A DNA stretch of 64,000 bases from a phage: the sequence record PZ445487.1, one strand, 5' to 3'. Numbering within the stretch: position 1 is the stretch's first letter; every line of letters begins with the position of its first letter. Both the position numbers and the translations under genes were made by a program. The notes under the pieces were generated by a model that worked only from the letters and a program-made list of their open reading frames with translations, ran no database searches and had not been told where the DNA came from. Of this stretch, positions 27,837 through 36,050 are shown piece after piece.

Positions 27837-28246
27837 TGAAACCTGTCATCTGTGATTACTGCGGTCAACCTGCCCAATACGTCGGGGGCGATGCTGTATA
27901 CCCCCACCGCCCCGACCTCCGCAATCTGAAGTTCTGGGTATGCTCGCCATGCGACGCTCGTGTGGGTTGCCATACCCATGGGGATGGTAGACAACCTCTG
28001 GGAAGGATGGCGAATGCCGCTCTCCGTGCTGCTAAGCAGGAAGCTCATAGGTCGTTTGACCCTATCTGGAAAAGTGGGCAGAGGAGCAGGAGTGATGCTT
28101 ACAGCTGGCTGGCTCATAATCTGGGGATCAAGAAGCGCGATTGCCATATCGGCTTGTTCGATATCGATATGTGCCGTAAAGTAGTCGCTGTGTGTAATCA
28201 ACTAAAGGCACAAGATAATGTCAAAGGAAATACAAGAAGCATTTGA
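27836..28246 (+). CDS. Zinc-finger protein (136 aa)
   Basis: CDYCG...CSPCDARVGCH cysteine cluster; TAATG overlap with the preceding gene. Confidence 0.45.
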   Translation: MKPVICDYCGQPAQYVGGDAVYPHRPDLRNLKFWVCSPCDARVGCHTHGDGRQPLGRMANAALRAAKQEAHRSFDPIWKSGQRSRSDAYSWLAHNLGIKKRDCHIGLFDIDMCRKVVAVCNQLKAQDNVKGNTRSI

Positions 28247-28469
28247 AAAATTATCTCAGGTAATGACCGACTGCAACCGCCGAAATTACTGCGATGAAGC
28301 GTATACCAAATTGAAAACTGCTGTTGAAACCGAGCTGGCAGGTCTTTCCGTTTTCAAAGATATTCAGACCGAAGTGCTATATCTGTCGGATGAAGATTTA
28401 AGGCGTTGCCCCCGCAAGATTTACCAATTACTGGATCGTTTGGTGAAAGTGGGGGTGAATAATGGGTAA
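28218..28469 (+). CDS. Hypothetical protein (83 aa)
   Basis: ORF overlapping the neighbouring gene ends. Confidence 0.35.
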   Translation: MSKEIQEAFEKLSQVMTDCNRRNYCDEAYTKLKTAVETELAGLSVFKDIQTEVLYLSDEDLRRCPRKIYQLLDRLVKVGVNNG

Positions 28470-29187
28470 TCGTGAAGGGATTAAACTCACACCAGAACTT
28501 CTGAAGTCACATATTGCTGAAGTGATTTATGAAGACCGTGAAGTTGGTGGTCACCGCGTCATTACATGCCATTTCAAGATGGACAATGGGTTCGTTGTGT
28601 GGGGTAAGAATAGTTCCACATCGGTAGACCCTGCCAACTTCGATGAAGAAATAGGCAAGCAGCTGGCCTATGAAAAGACCCTTTCTCAACTGTGGGAACT
28701 GGAAGCATATCGCGCGATAGTAGAAAAGCAGATCATCGATGTGTCCGCCAAAGATGATAAGATCAACATTGATGAATATGTGTCAGAAAGGGAAGCGATA
28801 CATGAGATGGGTGGTTTTGAATTCCTTGAGGGTAAAGGACAATCCGTCGTGTTTCGTCATCCCAAGGATCCAAGTCGGGGATTTCGAGTTGAATTTGTTC
28901 GCACCGATAATGAACGTTATGACGAACGGCGTAATGGTGAAGCAAGATCTTTGGTGGAAGCGTATCTTCGCTCGTTTATGACTTCTGAAGATCTAAATTC
29001 TGAACTTGTCTTGCGTTTGGCGAAAACGTGTAATGCTGCTTCAGGGGATTATCCGTGGTGTGACCTGTCAGAAGAAAAACGCCAAGCAGCTTGTGATCGT
29101 GTTAAGAAATTCTTGTTAGATCCGAAAGCCCAACCTGGTGATTCCGTGGGGGCGCTGTATAGAGCCATCGTGGTGTCATACTTGTAA
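28462..29187 (+). CDS. Hypothetical protein (241 aa), N-terminal Gp49-like region
   Basis: LTPELLKSHIAEV...HRVITCHFKMDNGFVVWG resembles a conserved phage family I recall as Gp49-like; low certainty. Confidence 0.4.
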   Translation: MGNREGIKLTPELLKSHIAEVIYEDREVGGHRVITCHFKMDNGFVVWGKNSSTSVDPANFDEEIGKQLAYEKTLSQLWELEAYRAIVEKQIIDVSAKDDKINIDEYVSEREAIHEMGGFEFLEGKGQSVVFRHPKDPSRGFRVEFVRTDNERYDERRNGEARSLVEAYLRSFMTSEDLNSELVLRLAKTCNAASGDYPWCDLSEEKRQAACDRVKKFLLDPKAQPGDSVGALYRAIVVSYL

Positions 29188-29454
29188 TTCTTCAAAAGTC
29201 TTTCAAAATCAATAACGTCCGGCAAATTGCTGGGCGTTTCAATTAACAAGCCAAGGTATAATGGCCCAATTGTAAAGCGAGGGAAATTACTTTGCCCAAA
29301 CCATTTTTGCGTTCAGGAGTTGACTCTCTTGACTCACAGTTTAAACCCAGCGAAGTTTTAATTCAACAGATTGAAACTAATCGCGAATTCATAGAACACA
29401 TGCTGGCGAAGCCGGAAGGTGAAGCCGTCCATACCACTAAAGAAGGTAATAACG

Positions 29455-31671
29455 ATGATTGAATCATTAACATTTAAGAATGCGGTTGCGACCGTCGCGC
29501 CGTCTAACCATGTAATCGTTGTGGATATCTCCGGTTCCATGTATCGTTCACTTCCAGAAGTCCGTAAGCATCTGAAGGAGAACCTGCCTTCCCTGGTGAA
29601 ACCGGAAGATACTGTGAGCATCCTTTACTTTTCATCTCGCGGTGATTTCGGAACGGTATTTGCCGGACGTCAGATTAACAGTGCAACTGATCTCAGTGAG
29701 ATCAATAATTTAATTGACCGTTTCCTGAAGCCTTCTGGTTGTACTGGTTTTGTTGAGCCGCTGAAATTGGCTGCGGAAACTGCCATTAGCTTGAATAAAC
29801 CTGGTTATGTTAATAACCTGGCATTCATGACCGACGGATATGACAACTGCTGGCGTTCTAATGAAATCCTGGATGCCGCTGAAGTACTGCCCAAAGCGTT
29901 TGATAACATTACCTTCATCGAATACGGTTGGTATTGTAATCGCGAACTGCTGGCGCTAATGGCAGAACGTTCTGGTGCGACCCACGTATTCGCCGAAGGC
30001 CAGAATGAATATCAGACCGAATTGGAAAACGTGCTAAAAACTTCTTCACCGAAAGTGGTGGTCGATGTTCCCCTGGTTTACACCCATGCCATTTATGTTG
30101 AAAATGGCGTGGCGACTGTTTTAGCTGTGCATCCTGATGAAGAGCACCCTATTGGCCACGTCAGCATCCCTGAAAGCGTTTCTCAGCTGTGGGTTGTAAA
30201 CCCCAACATGATCGACCAGCTGGATAATCTGGCAGACATCCAAGCGGCATACGTGCTGGCATTTTACGGCGTGTATACCATGGACGCAGATTTGGTTTGG
30301 GCTGCGCTGAAGAAAACGGGTGACGTCCGCTTCATCAAACAATACAGCAACTGTTTCACCAAGCAGGATTACTCCAACATCAAAGTCGATCTGACTCAGG
30401 CTATCGTAGACGAATCTCTGCGAGGAGTTGATGGCATCGATTATAATATGGTTCCGGCTGAAGACGCCACCACCATTGTTGATGTTCTGACGTATTTGGC
30501 TGAAGCAGATGTCTCTATCGTCACCAAGCATCCGCTATTCTCTTACAAGAGCATTGGGCGCGGTACTATACAAAAAGTTGACGACACCGAAGACAAGTTG
30601 GCCGAAGAGATTGCGAATGCGACTTCTAAAGAAGAGCGTAAAGCCCTGGCGCTCAAACTGGCCGAGCACGAAGATTGGACGCCGGAATTCAATCCAGCAG
30701 ATGATAAAGGGATTGTCCCGATCAGCAATTTGGTCTATAATTCAGAACGTCCTAACATCAGTGTGCAGACAGTTCAACACGGAACGGTTATTGTGCCTGA
30801 GTTTGTACAGAAGAAATATGAACTTCCTGAAGAGCTGGGAACCTGGCGTTATCGCAATTACACCATTGTCAAGGATGGTATCATCAACCTGAAAACAATG
30901 CCTATCACTGCAGATTCTCCGATTGTTCGGGCTAAGGTGGCACAGGATTTGACTGCCATGGGTGTTCATGTGTTTGGTGGGCCGGAAGTCTTCATTGTAA
31001 ATCTGGAAAGTGTCCCAATGGTTAACCGCGCCATGACAAAGAATATCAGTGCTGCTGAATTCTTTGCAGACAATGTGCGCCGTGAAGCATTGAAGGCAAA
31101 GCAAAAAGTTCTGAAATTCTACCGTGATGAACTGGTTGGCAAAGGCAACGCTACTGGTCTGGCTTCAAAATATGGCAAAGAAGCGGCTGATTTCCTGTCA
31201 GCAAACGGCATTCGCGACTATGGATTTTCACCGAAGACTTCTTCTGTAGAATCAACCGATGTCTATATGAGTCGTGAATTGAATGTGAAAATCAAAGGCG
31301 CATCTTCACTGCCGAGCATCGCGTCTGTTATCAAAAAACAGACGGACGGTAAAAAACTGAATGTCGCTGATCAGCTGATCGCTAATGCCCTGGCCGAATA
31401 CAATGCGTTTGTTAAATCGCCGATGATCACCAGCGTACCGGAAGAGACTCAGAAAAAGCTGATCGAAAGTTGGATTGGTGATGCAGCAAAAGCAGCTATC
31501 AACGAAGTTCGATCTCTGAACAAAACGCTGTCCAAGGTAGTTTATGGGATTGTTGCAGGCCATGGTTGGTTTACCGACCTGGATTTGGAAGAATCCACTA
31601 TGGATGTGGAAGTTGATGGGGTGAAATACACTGTCACTGCCGAACTGGCTGAAAAAGAAGTCAAAATCTAA
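29455..31671 (+). CDS. von Willebrand factor A (vWA) domain protein (738 aa)
   Basis: N-terminus carries the MIDAS motif in VIVVDISGSMY (DxSxS) with downstream T and D positions typical of vWA; about 550 aa of unassigned sequence follow. SD aagaagg before ATG 29455. Confidence 0.55.
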   Translation: MIESLTFKNAVATVAPSNHVIVVDISGSMYRSLPEVRKHLKENLPSLVKPEDTVSILYFSSRGDFGTVFAGRQINSATDLSEINNLIDRFLKPSGCTGFVEPLKLAAETAISLNKPGYVNNLAFMTDGYDNCWRSNEILDAAEVLPKAFDNITFIEYGWYCNRELLALMAERSGATHVFAEGQNEYQTELENVLKTSSPKVVVDVPLVYTHAIYVENGVATVLAVHPDEEHPIGHVSIPESVSQLWVVNPNMIDQLDNLADIQAAYVLAFYGVYTMDADLVWAALKKTGDVRFIKQYSNCFTKQDYSNIKVDLTQAIVDESLRGVDGIDYNMVPAEDATTIVDVLTYLAEADVSIVTKHPLFSYKSIGRGTIQKVDDTEDKLAEEIANATSKEERKALALKLAEHEDWTPEFNPADDKGIVPISNLVYNSERPNISVQTVQHGTVIVPEFVQKKYELPEELGTWRYRNYTIVKDGIINLKTMPITADSPIVRAKVAQDLTAMGVHVFGGPEVFIVNLESVPMVNRAMTKNISAAEFFADNVRREALKAKQKVLKFYRDELVGKGNATGLASKYGKEAADFLSANGIRDYGFSPKTSSVESTDVYMSRELNVKIKGASSLPSIASVIKKQTDGKKLNVADQLIANALAEYNAFVKSPMITSVPEETQKKLIESWIGDAAKAAINEVRSLNKTLSKVVYGIVAGHGWFTDLDLEESTMDVEVDGVKYTVTAELAEKEVKI

Positions 31672-31679
31672 ATTCAACT

Positions 31680-31700
31680 GGCGGGGAAACCCGCCTTCAT
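31680..31700 (+). terminator. Rho-independent terminator after the vWA gene
   Basis: ggcgggg-aaa-cccgcc then ttcatttt. Confidence 0.5.
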
Positions 31701-31714
31701 TTTGAGATATGCTT

Positions 31715-32026
31715 ATGTCAAACAAACCAACTTATGTTGAAGTAATGCGTGTTCTGGCTCAGTACGCTTGTGACAACCTGAACATGGAAACTTGGCGCAA
31801 CGGGGATCACAAGGACAAGTTTGATAACATTGATGATAATATCGATGCTTTAGCGCCGTTACGGGTTAAGAATGATCTCGGCGGTGACGATCTTGACATG
31901 ATTGAGCTGGTCATGGAAATCGAAGAAGAGTACGATGTAGAAATTAGTGACGAGTGGGTGGGTAAACATGGAGATGATCCTACCCTCGGAGAGTTAGCTG
32001 AACTCGTCGTTGCCCTGCGCAAGTAA
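31715..32026 (+). CDS. Acyl carrier protein-like protein with Asp in place of the phosphopantetheine-attachment Ser
   Basis: DLGGDDLDMIELVMEIEEEYDVEISDE aligns to the ACP core DLGADSLD(T/M)VELVMALEEEF...I.DE, but the modified Ser is D (codon gat). Confidence 0.5.
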   Translation: MSNKPTYVEVMRVLAQYACDNLNMETWRNGDHKDKFDNIDDNIDALAPLRVKNDLGGDDLDMIELVMEIEEEYDVEISDEWVGKHGDDPTLGELAELVVALRK

Positions 32027-32032
32027 CTGAAG

Positions 32033-32059
32033 ATCCCCAACAAACGTTGGGGATTTTTA
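32033..32059 (+). terminator. Rho-independent terminator
   Basis: atccccaac-aaac-gttggggat followed by ttttt. Confidence 0.55.
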
Positions 32060-32068
32060 CTTTTAGGG

Positions 32069-32098
32069 GTTTACTTCTATAAGGCAAATGCGTATTAT
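32069..32098 (+). promoter_or_regulatory. Sigma70-type early promoter
   Basis: -35 gtttac, 18-nt spacer, -10 tattat, about 50 nt upstream of the ATG at 32150. Confidence 0.45.
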
Positions 32099-32149
32099 TC
32101 AATAACTGGCGAACGATGGGTTCACCAGGTTGAAAGGTAAGATTATATC

Positions 32150-32389
32150 ATGAAGAACAAAATGGTAGAAACTTCAGTGGAGATTGATCGTAATTGGGGC
32201 TTGCTCCGCGCTAAAGGGTTCCGTCGTGTGTATGCGACCAAAGAAGTATATGCCCAGCGCCGCGATGTTATCATCAGCAAGAAGGGAAAAGATTGGGTTG
32301 CCGAAGAAGTCGATGTCGAAACAGGCGTCGTCGGAAAGGTGAAAGCCAAGGCCGCGATCCTCTTCGCTCTTCTGAAGCACATCAGTTAA
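32150..32389 (+). CDS. Hypothetical basic protein (79 aa)
   Basis: ORF with RBS aaggtaag upstream. Confidence 0.45.
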   Translation: MKNKMVETSVEIDRNWGLLRAKGFRRVYATKEVYAQRRDVIISKKGKDWVAEEVDVETGVVGKVKAKAAILFALLKHIS

Positions 32390-32405
32390 TTCTATAACTT
32401 AGGGT

Positions 32406-32448
32406 GGGGTATGATTACCCCGCCTATTTGAAATGAAGGAAATACATC
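32406..32448 (+). promoter_or_regulatory. Conserved 5' leader: hairpin plus atttgaaatgaaggaaatacatc
   Basis: Hairpin ggggta-tgat-tacccc followed by the conserved leader; nearly identical to the element at 32962..33007. Confidence 0.45.
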
Positions 32449-32955
32449 ATGACCGATCAACAAATTCAAGATTTATTTTACCTCGTCCATGATAAGTCCC
32501 ACATCATGCGCCCTGGCACTGTTTCCCCTGCCATCCGTGGTCTGGTGCAAGAATTACGCGAACCGCAGATGACCACACTTTATCGCGGGTTGCCTAAAGA
32601 GGACGTTGCGCGTTTGGAGATGATGTTTGAACGAGGAGACATGTTTCAGACATGGGATTCTTGTCTTAGTTTCAGCGAACTGAAGCATGTGGCCAAACAA
32701 TTTTCTAAATCGTATGGAACCAAAGCTGTTGCCCGCATTTGTTATAAACATCGAAACGGACTCCCAGAGGGGCTTAATGTCTTTGGTTCTCTAGAAAAAT
32801 TTGTGAACAAAGGCGATGAATCAGAAATGGATATGCTGGACTTGGCGTCCATGGAGAAAGAATGGATATTCTGTCAGCCTCGCGTCTTCCCAGTTTCAAG
32901 AAAAATGGCAACAGATGGGACGATGGTTTTTACCGTATCACTTGTTACCCTATAA
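32449..32955 (+). CDS. Putative ADP-ribosyltransferase (ModA/ModB-like)
   Basis: R-S-ExE arrangement: LYRGLP (Arg), WDSCLSFS (Ser motif), EKEWIF (ExE) in the order and spacing of T4 ModA as I recall it; 168 aa. Confidence 0.4.
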   Translation: MTDQQIQDLFYLVHDKSHIMRPGTVSPAIRGLVQELREPQMTTLYRGLPKEDVARLEMMFERGDMFQTWDSCLSFSELKHVAKQFSKSYGTKAVARICYKHRNGLPEGLNVFGSLEKFVNKGDESEMDMLDLASMEKEWIFCQPRVFPVSRKMATDGTMVFTVSLVTL

Positions 32956-32961
32956 ACCCAC

Positions 32962-33007
32962 GGCGGGGTATCTTTGCCCCGCCCATTTGAAATGAAGGAA
33001 CTATATC
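32962..33007 (+). promoter_or_regulatory. Conserved 5' leader: hairpin plus atttgaaatgaaggaactatatc (second copy)
   Basis: Hairpin ggcgggg-tatctttg-ccccgcc plus leader; the downstream gene also begins MTDQ. Confidence 0.45.
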
Positions 33008-33286
33008 ATGACAGATCAAAGAAGTATTGCTCGTTCGGAAATCAAAGATATTATACAGAGCAAAACCAACGAAACTCATGCTCAATCCAGAATGCTATCT
33101 CGATTTGTTGAAATTAAGTTTGACATTGAAGAGAATAACAATCGGAGAGCGCTGGAGGGAATGTTGGCGATTATCTTGGGCCATGTCACCAATTCAGCAT
33201 ACGACATGGATGATTTAACTCGTTTGTTGAACGCCCAGAATAACGTTGGGAATTCTGTTCGCGAATTGCTGTTTAAGTCCGAATGA
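33008..33286 (+). CDS. Hypothetical protein (92 aa)
   Basis: Shares leader and first four codons (MTDQ) with 32449..32955; the rest is unrelated. Confidence 0.45.
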   Translation: MTDQRSIARSEIKDIIQSKTNETHAQSRMLSRFVEIKFDIEENNNRRALEGMLAIILGHVTNSAYDMDDLTRLLNAQNNVGNSVRELLFKSE

Positions 33287-33323
33287 ACTAACTAAGGGAT
33301 AATCCTATATCCCGAGGTGTGTC

Positions 33324-33773
33324 ATGTTCCTTACATCCTTTATTGACTGGATGAATATCATAAATGGCCTGAGGATTCCTGTTGGGAACCTCGGGCTTTC
33401 TCGTTCTTCTATGCCGCAAATCGATGCCGACAAACAAGAAGATTTTCACAAATATCTTGAAGACAACGGCGTGTCCATAGATGCTGCGCAAGTGCCCATC
33501 AAAATGCTTCGTCTTACCCAGAACGAAATCAATAAAATGAAGGTCTGGAAGATTATGAAGCAGATCAGAAATAAGAAGCCCATGGGTCGAGTTTGGGTGT
33601 CTTCTGACAATTACGTTGTTGACGGGTCTCACCGATTTGTCGCTGCGTTGAACATGGACGGCAAACAGCGCATGAAGGTCTACAAAGTTGATTTGCCAGC
33701 GATGGAATTTGTTAAACTCGCTAAACAGTTTCAGGGTGTGCGATACAGAACGGTCTCAGATTCGAGATACTAA
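33324..33773 (+). CDS. ParB/sulfiredoxin-like nuclease-domain protein
   Basis: YVVDGSHRFVAA matches the ParB N-terminal domain signature (x-DG-HR-xA). Confidence 0.45.
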   Translation: MFLTSFIDWMNIINGLRIPVGNLGLSRSSMPQIDADKQEDFHKYLEDNGVSIDAAQVPIKMLRLTQNEINKMKVWKIMKQIRNKKPMGRVWVSSDNYVVDGSHRFVAALNMDGKQRMKVYKVDLPAMEFVKLAKQFQGVRYRTVSDSRY

Positions 33774-33774
33774 T

Positions 33775-34050
33775 ATGGACGTCTATTCAGAACTTATCGA
33801 AATAGGAGCGAAACGTCATTTCGTAAACAAATATCTTTCGCTCATTTCTTCTTTTAGTCATTACCAAGGCGTCGGGGAGAAGCACCTATTGAAAGGTAAG
33901 ACGAGAGGGGAAGCCCTGAAACAAGTATTCGGTTCCAATGACGCAGAAATTTGGGCACAGGTTCGGCCAATTATTCTACGGTTGGATAACGGTTGGGACC
34001 CTTTAACTTGCGAAAAATGGGTTAATCGTTATGGGGTGGAATACCAGTAA
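33775..34050 (+). CDS. Hypothetical protein (91 aa)
   Basis: Internal ATG of track ORF 33688..34050 chosen to avoid overlap. Confidence 0.35.
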   Translation: MDVYSELIEIGAKRHFVNKYLSLISSFSHYQGVGEKHLLKGKTRGEALKQVFGSNDAEIWAQVRPIILRLDNGWDPLTCEKWVNRYGVEYQ

Positions 34051-34144
34051 ACCACCCGTTTCTGAATACGATAGTTTATTGAAACCCTTTACTCAACATG
34101 GTGACAGCCCTATCATTTTATCCAATGAAATAAGGAGAATCACC

Positions 34145-34834
34145 ATGAAACGTTTAATCATCGGGGTTGTGCTGGCTGGTCTGGCACTTCCTGCCACCGC
34201 CAAGCTGAATTCCACGGGTGAAAAACTGTGGTCTGATCTTTCCTACTGTGCTGGGTTCTCCCAAGCCGTCGCTATAGACAAAACTGGTTCCATAGAGAAC
34301 TTTGCTGAACTCTGGACCACAGGTAATGTCACAGATGCCGTTGTAAATGCTGGTATTGAGTTTAATCGATATAAGCAAGGCGCGTTCAACCTGAAAGGAT
34401 ATATGAACGACAAAGAATTTAACCGAGGAGGCATGGAGGCGAGCGATCTTATTATGACTGGTCGTATGGGCACACAAGGACGAATGACCGTAAGACAGTG
34501 CCGTTCTCTTCCTTCTCCAGCATTACAAAAAGGTGTGCAGGTTGGCCGACGTCAGCTGGATCTCATCAATGATGGCAACCAATGTATCCGAGTATTTGAA
34601 TACAGTGCTGATCAAGAATCAGATCGACGTTTGAAAAAGGAATGGCGGACTCGCGCCCTTGGCCTGAGAGCATGGCTGGTGGAAAATGATCATTATTATG
34701 AAGACCGTGTTCAGAATGGTTTGAAAGATCTTTCCACTAATTTGTCTGTCAATCTTGATGATCCCAGGCTTGCCCGTGAACTCAAGCAAACAAGAATTGA
34801 CTGTGATAATATGATGAAGGAGAACGAAAGATGA
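34145..34834 (+). CDS. Secreted/periplasmic hypothetical protein
   Basis: SD aaggag; N-terminal signal peptide MKRLIIGVVLAGLALPATA. Confidence 0.5.
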   Translation: MKRLIIGVVLAGLALPATAKLNSTGEKLWSDLSYCAGFSQAVAIDKTGSIENFAELWTTGNVTDAVVNAGIEFNRYKQGAFNLKGYMNDKEFNRGGMEASDLIMTGRMGTQGRMTVRQCRSLPSPALQKGVQVGRRQLDLINDGNQCIRVFEYSADQESDRRLKKEWRTRALGLRAWLVENDHYYEDRVQNGLKDLSTNLSVNLDDPRLARELKQTRIDCDNMMKENER

Positions 34835-35151
34835 GAAACATAATATTCTTGTTATTCTTTTCTATGTTGGCATCATTCCAAGTTGTGGCAACTCCGGCTA
34901 GCAAATTGAATATGTGTGCGGCCTGGTTGTCTACTTATCAACAATTTCACCCTGATGATAAAGATACATCCATCCTTTTATCAGATTATGAAGGTGAGTT
35001 GAAACGCCTTGATCTCTACAGCGTGGATCAAATAGAGAATGCTTTGGATTTGCCAATGATGGAGTCCGCTGCCGACAATAGCAAACAGACGATCAAAGAT
35101 CTGACTATGTGTCGGGAAATAGCGACTAATTTCGTTGGAAATCAAAGATAA
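34831..35151 (+). CDS. Small secreted hypothetical protein
   Basis: ATGA overlap with the preceding gene; signal peptide MRNIIFLLFFSMLASFQVVA. Confidence 0.45.
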   Translation: MRNIIFLLFFSMLASFQVVATPASKLNMCAAWLSTYQQFHPDDKDTSILLSDYEGELKRLDLYSVDQIENALDLPMMESAADNSKQTIKDLTMCREIATNFVGNQR

Positions 35152-35201
35152 TTTTCAGGTTAAAATTTAACTTCCATTGAACTGAAAGGAAATACTTCGT
35201 G

Positions 35202-35993
35202 ATGATTATTACCAAAAAGATCGCCGAATCGATCATTGAAAAGAATAAGATGTTCGCGCCCAACAAAGCAAAGGTCATTCTGATTCACGAAGACGGACGC
35301 GTCATCTTCGCTGAAAAGTTCGAGCAGGGTTGTGCTTTCTGGTTCGCAGACACTATGCGCGAAAGCAAGCTGCAGGGCATCATCTATAAACTGACTCTGG
35401 TTGCCAAGCGCAATGATCAGGGTGATTGGGTTACGGTTTGTGATTTCAGCTCCAAGGTTGATACTCGACCAAAATCTCGCCAAGAGAGAATTCTGGAAGC
35501 TCAGGAAAAACTTGTTGCTGCTCGTACTTCACCAGTCGTTAAGCCCGCAGTCATCTCCCCTTCTATTGATCTGCCGCCTGTCAGCCAAAAGGCTGTTGAG
35601 CAATATGCAGAAAAACGAAAAGAAGAACCCGTGAAGTCTCCAGTTGAGAATAAAGAAGAATCTGAATTTATTTCAATCAGGCAATTATGCCCGCAAGAAA
35701 GGCGATTTTCTTCACCAAATGATTTATTCGTGTCTTTCCGGTCTAATGGGAAGATTATATTGTGCAAAACCCTACGGGAACAATTGCAGTGGCCTAACAT
35801 CAATATGATGGTGAGTCGGAACTTCAAACGATTCGCAATCGGTGAAGGTAAAGATTATCCTGTTAATAAGAGCGGAACATATGCAAATCGTCATATGTGC
35901 GACAAATTGTCTTTCCCAAACGATTCTGGCACTATTCGTGTTCGTTTAGAATGGGATGAAAGTTTGAACATGTATGTCGGTGATATAAAATAA
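35202..35993 (+). CDS. Hypothetical protein (263 aa)
   Basis: Preceded by a leader related to the conserved one (gaaaggaaatacttc). Confidence 0.5.
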   Translation: MIITKKIAESIIEKNKMFAPNKAKVILIHEDGRVIFAEKFEQGCAFWFADTMRESKLQGIIYKLTLVAKRNDQGDWVTVCDFSSKVDTRPKSRQERILEAQEKLVAARTSPVVKPAVISPSIDLPPVSQKAVEQYAEKRKEEPVKSPVENKEESEFISIRQLCPQERRFSSPNDLFVSFRSNGKIILCKTLREQLQWPNINMMVSRNFKRFAIGEGKDYPVNKSGTYANRHMCDKLSFPNDSGTIRVRLEWDESLNMYVGDIK

Positions 35994-36050
35994 TTCAATA
36001 ACATTAGGGCGGTTATTATTAAACCGCCTTTTATTTGAGAGATCTATATT

